From: Hyphochytrium catenoides | Taxonomy: Eukaryota; Protista; Hyphochytriomycota | Direction of reading: 5' to 3' | DNA: 42,824 bases | Assembly (NCBI GenBank): GCA_900088475.1 | Contig: FLMG01003517.1 | Location: forward strand, 1-42,824 | Part shown: positions 13,803-25,789 of the stretch, piece after piece | How positions within the stretch are numbered: position 1 is the stretch's first letter | Layout: every line of letters starts with the position of its first letter | Position numbers and translations under genes: made by a program | Notes under the pieces: generated by a model | The model's database searches: none | What the model saw: only the letters and a program-made list of their open reading frames with translations | Told to the model about the DNA's origin: nothing

Positions 13803-13998
13803 AAGGTGATGGACTTACATTGAGAAAGATAGGAGGGAAGAGAGAGACAGCAAAAGCAGGACTGTCAACTAATATGTCTTGGCTCTTCGATCTCTCTCTC
13901 TCTCTCGCTCTCCTTCAATCGTTCCCCCTTCCTTCTCTGCCACTCTCGGATCCTTTACTTTACTTCTCTCTCTCTCTCTCCCTTTTCTTGTCGACTCC

Positions 13999-14082
<84 letters not shown>

Positions 14083-14122
14083 TCTCTCTTTTTTTCTCTC
14101 TCTCTTTTTTTCTCTCTCTCTT

Positions 14123-14160
<38 letters not shown>

Positions 14161-14738
14161 TCTTTCCCTCAACCCCAATACTCGATCGTTTTGTAGGGCA
14201 TCACAATTCCTTCTCAAGCTCGCTTTGTTGGTTATTTCTGTGAGTTGCTAGGGCTGGACTCTCTCCCTCGAGAGACAGAAGAAGAGAGTCTCTCTCCTGA
14301 AGCTTTAGAGAATCTTAGGGACTTTGTCACGCAAGAAGTAGAGAAAGGAATGAGGAGACGAAGTGCGCCTTCTCCCTCTCTCTCTCGTTCTTTCTCTCCC
14401 TCTCCGACCAGCCCTCGCGCTGGGAGCTTTTCAGACCCTTCTTCTTTCTCTCTCTCTCCTCTTCCCTCTCTCTCTTCCGCTGCCCAGGCAGAAGTGGAGA
14501 GACGAAAGACAGCAATTTCCCAGTGTCTTCTCCCTCTCTCTTCTTTGCGTCGTGCTCTCTCTCCTCCCTCGCGGCCTCTCTTTCTCTCTTCTCTCCGTCT
14601 CCATGGCTCTCCCTTTCTCAAACATTTCTCTCCTGTCATTAAAGTGGAGTGCGGAATGTGGAGAGGAGAAGAGAGTCAGAGGCTCTCTTTCAAGTCTTCG
14701 GTAAGAAAGAGAAAGGGAGAGAGAGAAGAGAGAGAGAG

Positions 14739-14794
<56 letters not shown>

Positions 14795-15032
14795 GTGGAG
14801 GGAGAAAGAAATCAGGGGCGGGGGAAGAGAGAAACGGGAGCGGAGGGAGAGAGAGTGAGAAAAAGAAGAGAGAGAGAAAGAGAAGAGAGAGATGAGAAAG
14901 AGAGAGAATGAGAGACAGAGAGAGAGGGGAGGCACTGGGGGAGACAACAAGAGAGGAGTGAGAGAAATGCAAACGCTGTAATGTGGGCTCAGTGAGAAAG
15001 GATCAGAAACAAGAAGAGACAGAAAGCCTTCT

Positions 15033-15072
<40 letters not shown>

Positions 15073-15567
15073 CAGCGCTATCCAAGCTGCACACTTGTCC
15101 GAGAGAGAGAAGACTGGGAGATTCTCTTTCCTTCTCTCGTTGTTTGGGAAGAAGTGAAGGTCACGGTCCTGGCAGGCAGCAAAAGAAAGAACTTTCCTTT
15201 TTCTCTCTCTTCCCGGCCTCTCTTCCACTTCTGGTTCCATACAGCCTTTGTTAAAATGGAAGACGGAGAGAAAGAAGGAGAGAAAGAAGTCTCTCTCTCT
15301 CTCTTTCTCGAGAAGAAAGACCTGGACAAGGCAGTGAAGGATGTGACGCACGGACACAAGCTCTACCCCAAAGATTTTGCTGTTACTCTCAAGTTTTCTC
15401 TCGCGGAAGAGAGAGACATCGCGACTTCTCTCTCTCTTTATAGGAAAGAGAGAGAAGAAGAGAAGAAGAAAAAGGGAGGAAGTATGATGAGCGTTCTTTC
15501 TTTTCCTTCTCCTCGGGCGTCCTGGGCCTCTTCTTCCACGGAAGTATCGACAAACACGGTCAATTGA
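10182..15567 (+). CDS. PTEN: PTEN-family phosphoinositide 3-phosphatase (phosphatase + C2 domains, long N-terminal extension), ~667 aa
   Basis: Exons 10182-10293, 10437-10636, 11193-11323, 11524-11669, 12177-12250, 12556-12611, 12784-12833, 13112-13188, 13593-13754, 14197-14700, 15076-15567 (2004 nt, in frame). Motifs: [48 protein letters not shown], active site [20 protein letters not shown]; C2 motifs [11 protein letters not shown] and LEKKDLDKA. The first three exons are low-complexity and less certain. Confidence 0.95.
11940..12075 (+). repeat. (CT)n microsatellite, representative of the tracts filling almost every intron and intergenic region
   Basis: Directly visible long CT run in PTEN intron 4. 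Confidence 0.95.
14002..14052 (+). repeat. (GTCT)n tetranucleotide microsatellite in PTEN intron 9
   Basis: About 12-13 perfect GTCT units. Confidence 0.95.
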
Positions 15568-15579
15568 GAGGGAAAAAAA

Positions 15580-15627
<48 letters not shown>

Positions 15628-15980
15628 AACGGTAATAGGTTGTTGGCAAGGAAAAGAGATAAGAACGGGGAGAAGAACAAGAGAAGAGCCATTGTTGGTG
15701 TCATCAAATGTAGAGAGACTACCACTTATTATACATTCTCTCTCTTTAATAGCTCTTTTCCTGTCTGTTCTCTCTCCCTCTCTCTCTCTCTGTCTCTCTC
15801 TCTCTGTCTCGTATGTCTGTTATGGAAGATGGGAACACCCTCATCTTCCCTACGACATCGCATCCTACGAGCAGCAAAGAATCCGTCTCTCTCTCTCTCT
15901 CCCTCTCTCCCATTTCCACTCTCTTCCTCGTTTATCTTCGTTCTTATCTTCTCCACCACCCTTCTCGCTCTCATCTGGCA

Positions 15981-16016
<36 letters not shown>

Positions 16017-16034
16017 CCCCCCTCTCTTCCACTT

Positions 16035-16178
16035 TTACGTTCTCGGCTTCCAAAATAGTTCTCCAGAGAGAGAGAAAGGTCGAAGAAGGTTGCGGGAGAC
16101 TAAAGTCTCAAGAAGCAGCTCAATCAGTTCCTCACTGAACTGAGGAAGAGCTTCCTTTAGCTGGCGCATGGACTACCC

Positions 16179-16244
<66 letters not shown>

Positions 16245-16549
16245 AGAAAAGAGAGGACGAAAGGAGAGAGGAGAGATAGGGCGAGAGAGAGGAAAGCACA
16301 GAGAGAGAGAGAGTAAGGGGAAGAGATGAGGGCCAATGGAGAGAATGAGTTATGACCGCCGATGTACGAATAATCAAGAAACATAGACACCACAATAACA
16401 GAGAGAGAGAGAGAGCGAGAGAGAGCGAGAGAGAGCGAGAGAGAGAGCAAGAGAGAGAATGAGACAGAGAGGCATAGCAGCTAAAGGAAAAAGTCAACGA
16501 GATCCACGTCCACACTTACTGGTAGCCCAAAGGAGACAGTGATGGGGAA

Positions 16550-16582
<33 letters not shown>

Positions 16583-16828
16583 GAACAAGAGATGGTGCAT
16601 AAAGAAAAGAGAGAAAACACAGAGAAATTTGGGCACTCTCATACGCGTCTTTAGGTGTTCTCACCATCGCCGCTGGCTGTCCACCATTCTTTCTGAAGAA
16701 ACAAGAGTAAATCTCTGTGATCTGGCGTGCCCCGACCCCTTCCTGCAGGACAAATAACAGGGAGAGAGAGAGAGAGAGAGAGAGAGGCAGTTTGTGAGAA
16801 GAGTGAGAGAGAGAGAGAGGTAGTTTGT

Positions 16829-16866
<38 letters not shown>

Positions 16867-18067
16867 AGAGATAAAACTGGAATATCAACATGTAGAAAGA
16901 CGACTTGAGAAGGAAATAAACAGCATAAGAAAGAGACAGAGAGAAAAGAGACCTTTAAACCTTTATAAATGGTGCAGTTAGGCACAAGAAGAGAGAGAGG
17001 AAGGGAAGGTGAGGGAAGAAAGAAAGAAAGAGAGACAAAAAGGATAGTGAAGAAGAGAGAAAGATAGAGAGAAAGATGGGAAGAGAAAAGAGAAAGGGAA
17101 AGGAGAAGACAAACAAAAAGAACAAAGAAAAGAATAGACAAGAAAACACAAAGAAAGGAGAGAGAGAGAAAAGATATCGCCAAGAAAAACATTATCTCGT
17201 GTCTCACTCTGAAGAGAGGAGGGAAGAGAGAAAGACTGAAAGCTGGAGCAGGCTCATCCTCTGTCTCTTGAATGCGTGCCAAAGTTCTCTCCTTGCCTGC
17301 AGAGACGGCAAAGTGAGCGAAGGAGCAAGAGAGAAAGAAAGAGAAAGCTAGGAAGAGAAACACGGGAGAAGGGAGAAAGAGAAGCAAGGGACGAATAGGG
17401 CAACATTGAGATGAGGAAAAGAATAGGAGAGAAAGAAAGGGAGAAAGAGAGAGAGAGAGAGAATCACAAGTCTCCCAAGCCTAAACAACCTTCAGGAAGA
17501 GAAACACCAGGAGAGAGTGTGAAAGGTAGAAGTGAGAGAAAGAAAAAGACAGAGAGAGAGAGAGAGAGGACTTTACCTATGTCTGTCCCTACTGCAGTGC
17601 TAAGCCCCGCCAAGCGATTGGAGAGAGGAGTTCTCGGTGTCATAGCCGCCAACCTTGTGCTTATAAGAGGAGAGGGAACGGTGGGCGTGGGAGGAGAGAG
17701 AGGAGAGAGAAGAGTGTCTGAACGCTGAGTCTCTCTGGCAGGCTCAGGAGGAGAGAGAGCCGGAGAGAACGCAGGCACTCTCGTCTCTTTCTCTCTCTTT
17801 TCTTCGGTGAGAGAGGAGAGCTCTCTCTTTATAAAGGAGCCTTGCAGCATCCGCACGTGGGTCGGGGGCGAGAAGAGCTGAGGCGTTTGAGGGGAAGCTT
17901 CGGAGAGAACTCTGCTCGTTTCGTCTCTCTCTTTCTCTCTCCCCCTCTCTCTCATCTCACTATGAGAGAAGTTGAGAGAGGGAGTGTGAAGGTCAGGCCC
18001 TGGGGCAGAGGAGGAAGGCGCCATAGAACTCTCTGAGCAGCTCATCGCTGAGTTCCTTGCCTGCAAG

Positions 18068-18110
<43 letters not shown>

Positions 18111-19230
18111 AGACAGCACGTGGGATTGAGCCCAGGGAGGGAGCGGAAGGAGTGAGAGAGATGCAGATGAGGAGAGAGAGAGCGAGAGAGAAAAGAACTA
18201 AAGAGAACACGACGAGGAATCAAAAGGGCCAAGTGTGCCACAGGAAAAAGAGAGAAGGAACAAGCCAGAGTAAGAGAAAGAGAGAGAGAGAGAGAGAAAA
18301 TAAGAGCGAGAGGGGGACAGGATGATTGAATGTAAGGCCATTATTGAGTAAGAGAGAGAGTTAAAGATAGAGAGAGAAAGAGACAATTAGCGGCGCTACA
18401 GAGATGGACGGAGAGAGACACCGCAAAGAGAGAATTTGATTGAAGGAAGAAACAGCTAGAGAAAGAGAGAGAGAGAGAAAGAGAAGCGCCGCTTCCAAGT
18501 TAAAAGAGGTCTTGAACCTGTATAAAAGGCGTGGATATTGGGGGAGACATATTATGAATGGGAGAGGTCTCCAACATGCTCTGGAATTCAGGAGACTTGG
18601 AAGCCTGGATAAGGAAGAAAAGAAAGAGAGAAAGAAAGAGAGAGAACGAGAGAGAGAGAGAAAAAGAAAGAGAGAGAGAGAGAGAAAGAGTGAGCCTTCT
18701 GTCAAGGAGACGGAAGTCAGAGCAGATCTTTCCAAATCTGAAAGAGAAACGTAGCGGAGAAAGAGAAGACATATGGAAGGGCAATCAGCAGATAGCCCCA
18801 GGAGAGACCCGCCAAGTCAGCTGAAAAAGAAAAGAGGGAGAGAGAGAGAGAATAGGGAAGAGAGAGAGAGAGAGAGAGCACCGAGAGGGAGGAAGGACAA
18901 CACATACGAAAAAAAAAAACCCTCTCGAAAAGAGAGAGACAGAGACAGAGAGAGAGAGAAAGAGAGGTGCCTTGTAAGTGTACCTTAAAGAAAGGAGTCG
19001 TAACGACGAGTGGAGGCGATCCAAGGGAAGAGAGACTATCGTTTCCTCTCTCTCTCTCTCTTTCATCAAAACTTCCATCCTCTCTCTCTCTCTTGCCTCT
19101 TCTTCTCCCTGTCACTGCCCGCGCCAGACCAGAGCGGAACTCTGGGGTGGGAATGGAGTTCTCACTGTGAACCTCGGAGTGAGAGGAGATGACAGATTCG
19201 TGCAGGAACTCTGACGAGGTATCATGGGCC

Positions 19231-19275
<45 letters not shown>

Positions 19276-19406
19276 AGGGGGAGGGATTAGGGGAGAAAAG
19301 ATAGAGACCGAGCAGAAACGAAGAAGCGTGTACGAGAAAAGAAGACAATGGAACAAGAACAAATAGAGATGGGAGCATACAGGTGGGGAGCATGAGAGAA
19401 TTGAGC

Positions 19407-19440
<34 letters not shown>

Positions 19441-20047
19441 CCGGGGTGGGGGTGGGGTGAGAGAGAGAGTGAGTGGCATGGCCAGGAGGAGGCATGTGCG
19501 AGAGGCACGACGAAGCAAGAACAAGACAGAGGTAGAGAAAGACCTAGAGAGGATGAGAGGGCCAAATGAGAGACATGCTTCCTAAAGAAACTAAAGAGAG
19601 ACAGTCAAGACGACGGAAGAGAGGGAGAGAAGAGAGAGAGAAAATATAGTAGGATCGTGGACTAATAGGAGGAGATGGTACTCTAGAGCAATCCGCTGGG
19701 AGGAGAGGATGGAGAGAGAGGGAGAGAAAGTCTGAGAGAAAGTAATAGCCACTTTTATCGAGAGAGAAAAAAAGAGACAGAGAGAGAGAGAGAGAGAAGG
19801 AACAAGGAGCTGGAGACCTGCGCAGCCAGTGACCTCATCCTCATTCCTTCACTTGTACGTTCAAAGTGCTGCTTCCATGCCTTTATAGCGAAGATAGGAA
19901 AGAAAGAGAGAAAGAGTCAAGAGAGAGAAAAGCAGGTACATGGAGATCATAGAGAGAAAGTGAGAGAGAGAAAGACAAAAGGGAGGAATTAACAAGGAGA
20001 AAGGGGCATAGTAGAGCCGCCGATGAGAGGAAGACAGAGAGAGAGAG

Positions 20048-20101
<54 letters not shown>

Positions 20102-20186
20102 GATGAAGAGAGGGGATTAATGCATTGACCCCAAAGTAGTTCAACAAAAGTAGAGAGAGAGAGAGAAGGACATGACTCCAGAAAAC

Positions 20187-20217
<31 letters not shown>

Positions 20218-20424
20218 TTCTCTCACCTGGCTGGAGCTATGGACATCTCTCAAGTGTCCTTTGAACGCCTTGGCCAGCAGAAGGATCCTGGCGACGGTGG
20301 CGTTTGCCTTGTTTAAGTTCGTGTCAATGTCCTGCAGCTGCCTCGTGATCCGCTGCTGCTGCAGCTCCGACGCCGCCGTCAGCTCAGGAGCCTCATAGGC
20401 ATTGGCCGTCTGATAGACTGGCAT
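16035..20424 (-). CDS. ASK1: DASH/Dam1 complex subunit Ask1-like kinetochore protein with S/P-rich linker and extra C-terminal globular domain, ~460 aa
   Basis: Exons 20424-20227, 19880-19818, 19229-18984, 18604-18518, 18060-17577, 17296-17208, 16742-16665, 16172-16035 (1383 nt, in frame, TAA). The N-terminus QQRITRQLQDIDTNLNKANATVARILLLAKAFKGHLRDVHSSSQAWKQHFE matches the Ask1 domain pattern as I recall it (EQxITxxLQxIDxNxxxA...WKQFFE). The symbol means the kinetochore Ask1, not the MAP3K. Confidence 0.75.
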
Positions 20425-20826
20425 CTCTCTCTCTCTCTCTCTCTCTCTTTTTCTCTGTCACTTTTATTTAGGAGAGGGAAGGGCTGAAGAGCATGTGAAG
20501 AGAGTCAATGGACGGTTGGCTTTGCTTCGTTCTCCTGGTAGCGGCTCTGCTCTTTGAGAGAGAGAGGGAAACACTCTTGACTTTGGAACTGCACACTTTC
20601 TCCTTTTCTCTCTCTCTCTCTTTCCTTCTCTGTGTCTCTCGTCTCTTAGCCTCTTTGAGATGGATCTGCACTCAGAATCACTTCCTTCTCTGAAGAAAGT
20701 GGCTTGGACTCTGACTTGTTTCAACTGTGTAACCGGGCTGCTTGTCCTCCCTTTCTCTCTCTTTCTTCTCTCATCCTCTTCGCGCCTTCTGCTTCCCCCT
20801 GCCTCTCTTTATTTTGCATCTCTGGG

Positions 20827-20857
<31 letters not shown>

Positions 20858-20894
20858 NNNNNNNNNNNNNNNNNNTCTCTCTCTCTCTCTCTTT

Positions 20895-21085
20895 TCACAG
20901 AAAACAAGGCAAAAAATTCAAAAAAGCTCTTCCCTTTTGTCTGACAAAGCTGAAGACAAAATCAAAATTGGAGGGAAAATATCTGAGATAAATCACTTAT
21001 TGATTATCGCTAGCGTTCTTTTGCGTAGGTTTGGGTTCGATTATTTATGAATTTTGCCAACAAGGATGATGACTCTTGGCTCTTT
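20895..21085. promoter_or_regulatory. Microsatellite-free island, candidate bidirectional promoter of the Ask1-like and repeat-protein genes
   Basis: Short complex AT-rich stretch between the divergent ATGs at 20424 (-) and 22007 (+). Confidence 0.45.
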
Positions 21086-21112
21086 GGAAGAGAAAGAGAG
21101 ACTGAAAGAGAC

Positions 21113-21149
<37 letters not shown>

Positions 21150-21968
21150 AGGGAGAGAGAGAAGGGGAAAAAGAGAGGGAGGGAGAGACAGAGAGAGAGA
21201 GAGAAAGAAAGAAAGAGTGAGAGAGAGAGAGAGAGGGGGAGAGAGAGAAGGGGAAAAAGGGAGAAGGAGGGAGAGACAGAGAGAGAGAGAGAGAAAGAGA
21301 AGGGGAAAAAGAGAGAGGGAGGGAGAGACAAAGAGAGAGAGAGAGAGAAAGAAAGAGAGAGAGAGAGAGAGGGGCAGAGGGAGAGAAGGGGAGAGACACA
21401 GAGACAGAGAGAGAGAGAGAGAGAAAGGCAAGAGTGCGAGTGAGACAGAGAGATAAGGGACTGAAGATGAAGTGCTTGGGTAGAGAGGTGGAGATGAGAG
21501 AGGACGGTGATGACCTGTGAGAGAAAGAAGACATAGGGAGGAGGGGTGTATTGAGAGCACAGGGAGAGAGAGAGAGAGACACGGGGAGAGAGAGACAAGA
21601 GAGGGAACCGTCATACACACGGAGACGAGAAGGGGAGAGAAAGAAGGAAACTGGGAGAGAAAGGACAAGAGAGAGACAAGCAAAAGCAGCTCGTCTTCTT
21701 CAAATAGCTTCTTTTTCACACCGGCGACAGCAGGAACAGAAGCGAGAGGAAGGGAGCCGAGAGAGAGAGAGACAAGAGAGAGAGACAGAGAGAAAAAAGG
21801 AGAGAAGAGAGACAGACTGTCTCTTCCTCTCGAGGATGGCGGGCCGTTCTGCCGTGTTTCCTCTTTCGAGGCGGAAGGAGAGAGTCAGCGAAAGGGTCAG
21901 TGCCAGCAAATAAGGAGAGGAAAGAAAGAGACGACGACGCTGCAGAGCAAGGAATAACAGGCCGGCAG

Positions 21969-22006
<38 letters not shown>

Positions 22007-22009
<3 letters not shown>

Positions 22010-22952
22010 ATAAGCCTAGATGAGGTCGAGAGGGAAATCAGTCGGGCGGAGGAGTATCTCCGAGCCTGTCGGCTCGCGGAAGCGAGAGAGGAAGAGAGAG
22101 AGAGAGAAACATGGAGAAAGAAAGAGAGAGAGCAAGAGACGAGAGTAGATCAAGGAAGAAGAGAAGAAAGAGCAGGAGAAGACGAAAGAATCTTTCAGAG
22201 CATATCCTTTAGAGACGAGAAAGAGTACGCAGGAGATGGGATCTACAGAGGGACCATGCAGTATGACTGGGAGATGGGGCACTTAGAGAGAGAGAGAGAC
22301 GGAGAGAGAGGAAGAGAGAGTGAAGAAGAGGGAGAAAGAGAGAGAGAAGAAGAAGAAGAAGACTTGGATGTCTTTTATGCGTCGTCCATAGCAGAGCTGA
22401 ACCCCGCTCCCTATCGCTATGGCGAAGAGAGAGAAGAAGAGGAAGAAACGTACATCTACCACGGAAGGAGAGAGAGAGAGAGAGACAAAGAGAGAGAAGA
22501 GGAAGAAGGCTCCTACGCTTTCAAGAGAGAGAGAGAGAAAGAGAACGAGAGAGAGGATGAGCCAGCGCAGTACAGCCAGGGAAGAGGAAGAACCTACTAT
22601 GACCTTTCAAACCCAGGAGAGCGAGAGAGAGAGGAAAAGAGAGAGACAAGAGGAGGAAAGAAACCTTCAAATATTTACCTTCACGGCCAAGAATCCAGAG
22701 ACAGCCTTAACGTCTTGAAGGAAAGGAAGAAGCGTTATCGGGTGTGGCCCCTTATCTCTCTCTCTTTCTCTCTCTTTGTCTCTTCTTGGCTCTTTTTCTC
22801 TCTTCTTAGCTCTCTTTTCTCTCATTTCTTCTCTCTCTCTCTCTCTTTAGTTTATCGCCCTCTGTCTATTTGTCTGTCTGTCCTTGTTGGTCTCTGTCTC
22901 TGTCTGCCTGCTTGGCCCCCTTGTTCATTTCGTCTCATCTTGTCTCTTATCA

Positions 22953-23006
<54 letters not shown>

Positions 23007-23073
23007 TCTTTCCCTCTCTCTCTCTCTCTCCCCCCCCCCTTCTCTCTCTCTGTTTCCCTCTCCCTCCCCCTTC

Positions 23074-23113
<40 letters not shown>

Positions 23114-24199
23114 GCTCTAGCTTACCCGAGAAGAAGCAGCTCAGAAAGCCGAGGAAGAACTCCGACAAAAGCTGACCTTCCGGCCCAAGATCACTCCCTA
23201 TCGAGGACATAGAAACCGAGAGAGAAAGCCGACAGAAGAGAGACTTCGAGAACTCTCTCTTCCAAAAGCACCCCAAGAGAGAGAGAGAGAGTTGGAGGAA
23301 GAGAGAAGAGAAAGGGAGAAAGAAGAGAAGGAGCTTACCTTCAAGCCTAAGATTAGTAAGCGCTCCGCAGAGCTCGCAAGAGCGAAGAGAGAAGAGGGAG
23401 ATACAGAAGAGAGAACAGACGTCAACATCCGTCTCTATCTAGAAGGAAGAGAGAGGTACAGAGAGAGAGAGAGAGCAAGAGAGGTGCTGGAAGAGACATC
23501 GCTTCTCTCTCTTTCTTTCCGTCCTGCACTCAACAAAACTTCCGAGGACATTGTCCAGAGCTCTTTCCACGATAGACCTCCACTCTTTGAGAGACTAGGT
23601 GACATCCAGAGAGAGCAGGTGCCTNNNNNNNNNNNNNNNNNNNNNNNNNNNNNNNNNNNNNNNNNNNNNNNNNNNNNNNNNNNNNNNNNNNNNNNNNNNN
23701 NNNNNNNNNNNNNNNNNNNNNNNCTGTCTCTCTTCCTCTCTCTGTCTCTTCCGCTCTCTTTGTTTGTTTGTCTTTCCCACGCATCTCTGTCTCTTTCGCC
23801 ACCTTTCTCTCTCTGAATCTCTTTCTCGCCCCCAGCTTCGCTCTCTTTGTCGGCCTCTCTCCTCTCTCTCGCCCTCACTCCCAAATCTTTCTCTTGCTTT
23901 CTGCACTTGTGGCCAATCGAGTTCTTCATTTTTCTCTCTATGCAGACCGCTACCTCTGTCCTTTCTTTTCTCATCCGAGAGCTTTCTCTCCTTTTCTCTT
24001 CTTCTCTGTCTGCCTTTCCGAGTTCTATATCTTTCCTGTTGACATCTCTCTTTTGGACAAAAAGGAGAAGTCATTCAACACTTCTCTCTCTCTTTTCCTC
24101 TGTCTCCCTGTCTCTTTTGCCCTTCTCTTTTTGGTCGTTGCTCTTCATTTCTCTCTCTCTTTCTTCTCTCACACTCTCTCTTTCTTCTCTCTCCCTCTG

Positions 24200-24252
<53 letters not shown>

Positions 24253-24744
24253 CCTTGTCGCAGAGAGATCATCTCGTTCATCTTCGTCTCTTGCATGAAG
24301 TAGAGAACCCAAGTCTGTCGTTTAAGCCCAAGATTAACCCCGTGAGCAAGAGTTTGGCCGAGAAGAAAGAGGGAGAGAAAAACAGAAGAGAAGCGACTTC
24401 TGTAGAGAGAGAGAAAGGAAAGACTGGCCAGATCTCTGTCATTGAGAGGCTAACGAGAGAGACAGAGGAGCTTCGACAAAGGCGGAAGGAGGAAGTGCGA
24501 CGAGCACTGGCGGAGCAGGTCTCTCGCTTATCTTAGCCTCATATATGGTGGCGTGATGTCTCTCTCTCTCTCTCTCTCTTCTTTGGTGCTTGTGCGGTCT
24601 CTCCCTTTCACGCTTACTCTCTTTCCCTCTGCTCTCTTTCCTCTCGTTGTCTCTTTCCCTTCTTCAATTTCACGCCTTCGAATCCGTCAGGGCTGTAGAT
24701 ACACTTTCTGCTATCAGGCCTTGTAGCCCAACTCCCTGGATTTT

Positions 24745-24799
<55 letters not shown>

Positions 24800-25753
24800 C
24801 TCCGTGTCTCTTCTGCTGTTCCGCTGCTTCTCAAACTCACACTCTCTCCTCCTCCTGTGTGTGTGTGTGTGTATTATGTCTGTCTGCCTTACACTGCTTC
24901 TCAGACCCTTCTCTTTCTCTCTCTCTTCTTTGTCTCAAGCTCTCTCTCTCAAGCTCTCTCTGTCTCGATCTCTGTCCTCCCCCCTCTCTCTCTCTCTCTG
25001 AACGATGTACATGGACCTCTCACTGTTCGCCCTCCTTTCAGCATCGTGACTGCAGATTCACTCCCGAGATATCACGGAAGAGTGAGAAGCTGACAGCCAA
25101 GTTGCCTGCCTTTCAGGTTGTCTTTTCTACCCTTCTCTTTCTCTCTCTCTCTCTCTCTTTCCCTTTTCTCATTTGCTTGCTCTCTCTTTTCCTTGCTCTC
25201 TCCTATTTTCGCATTTTGCCCTGCTGATCTGCTTCTGCTACGGTTCTCTCTCTCTCGCAGGCTTGCCTTCTCCTTTTCATATTCTCTCTTTCGGTCTCTC
25301 TCTCTCTCTCTCTCTCCATTTTCTTCCTTCCCCATAGACAGTTTTCTATTCTTTGTTATTCGTTGTCTTTGTCACCCCGCTGGTCGGCTTTTCCTGGTCC
25401 TCTCTCTCTCTAGAAATCTTTATTTCCGTTCTTCTTCAAGACGTTTAGTGTGACCTCTATTTATCTCTCTCTCTCTATTCTTTCTCTCTCCCTTCTCTCT
25501 CACTCCCTCACTTTAACTCTCTCTCTCCCTCACCTTTTCTCACTCTCTCTCCCTCTCTCTTCTCTCTCTCTCTCTTTGTCTGCAGGAGACAGATTTTGAG
25601 CGGCGGCAGAGGTTATTAGAAGAGAGAGGACGGGAAAGACTGCAGAGAAAGAAAGAGAAGAATCCCGATCTTTACGATATTGACCCGACCTTTAGACCAG
25701 AGATTGGAAAAGCCAAACAAGTGAGACGAACTCTCTCTGCTCGCGCTTTCTCT

Positions 25754-25789
<36 letters not shown>

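Noticed and set aside
18690-18820. Additional Ask1-like exons after CAG acceptors near 18820 and 18738
   Set aside because: Both hit stop codons in the required phase 0, while 18984 joins 18604 cleanly.
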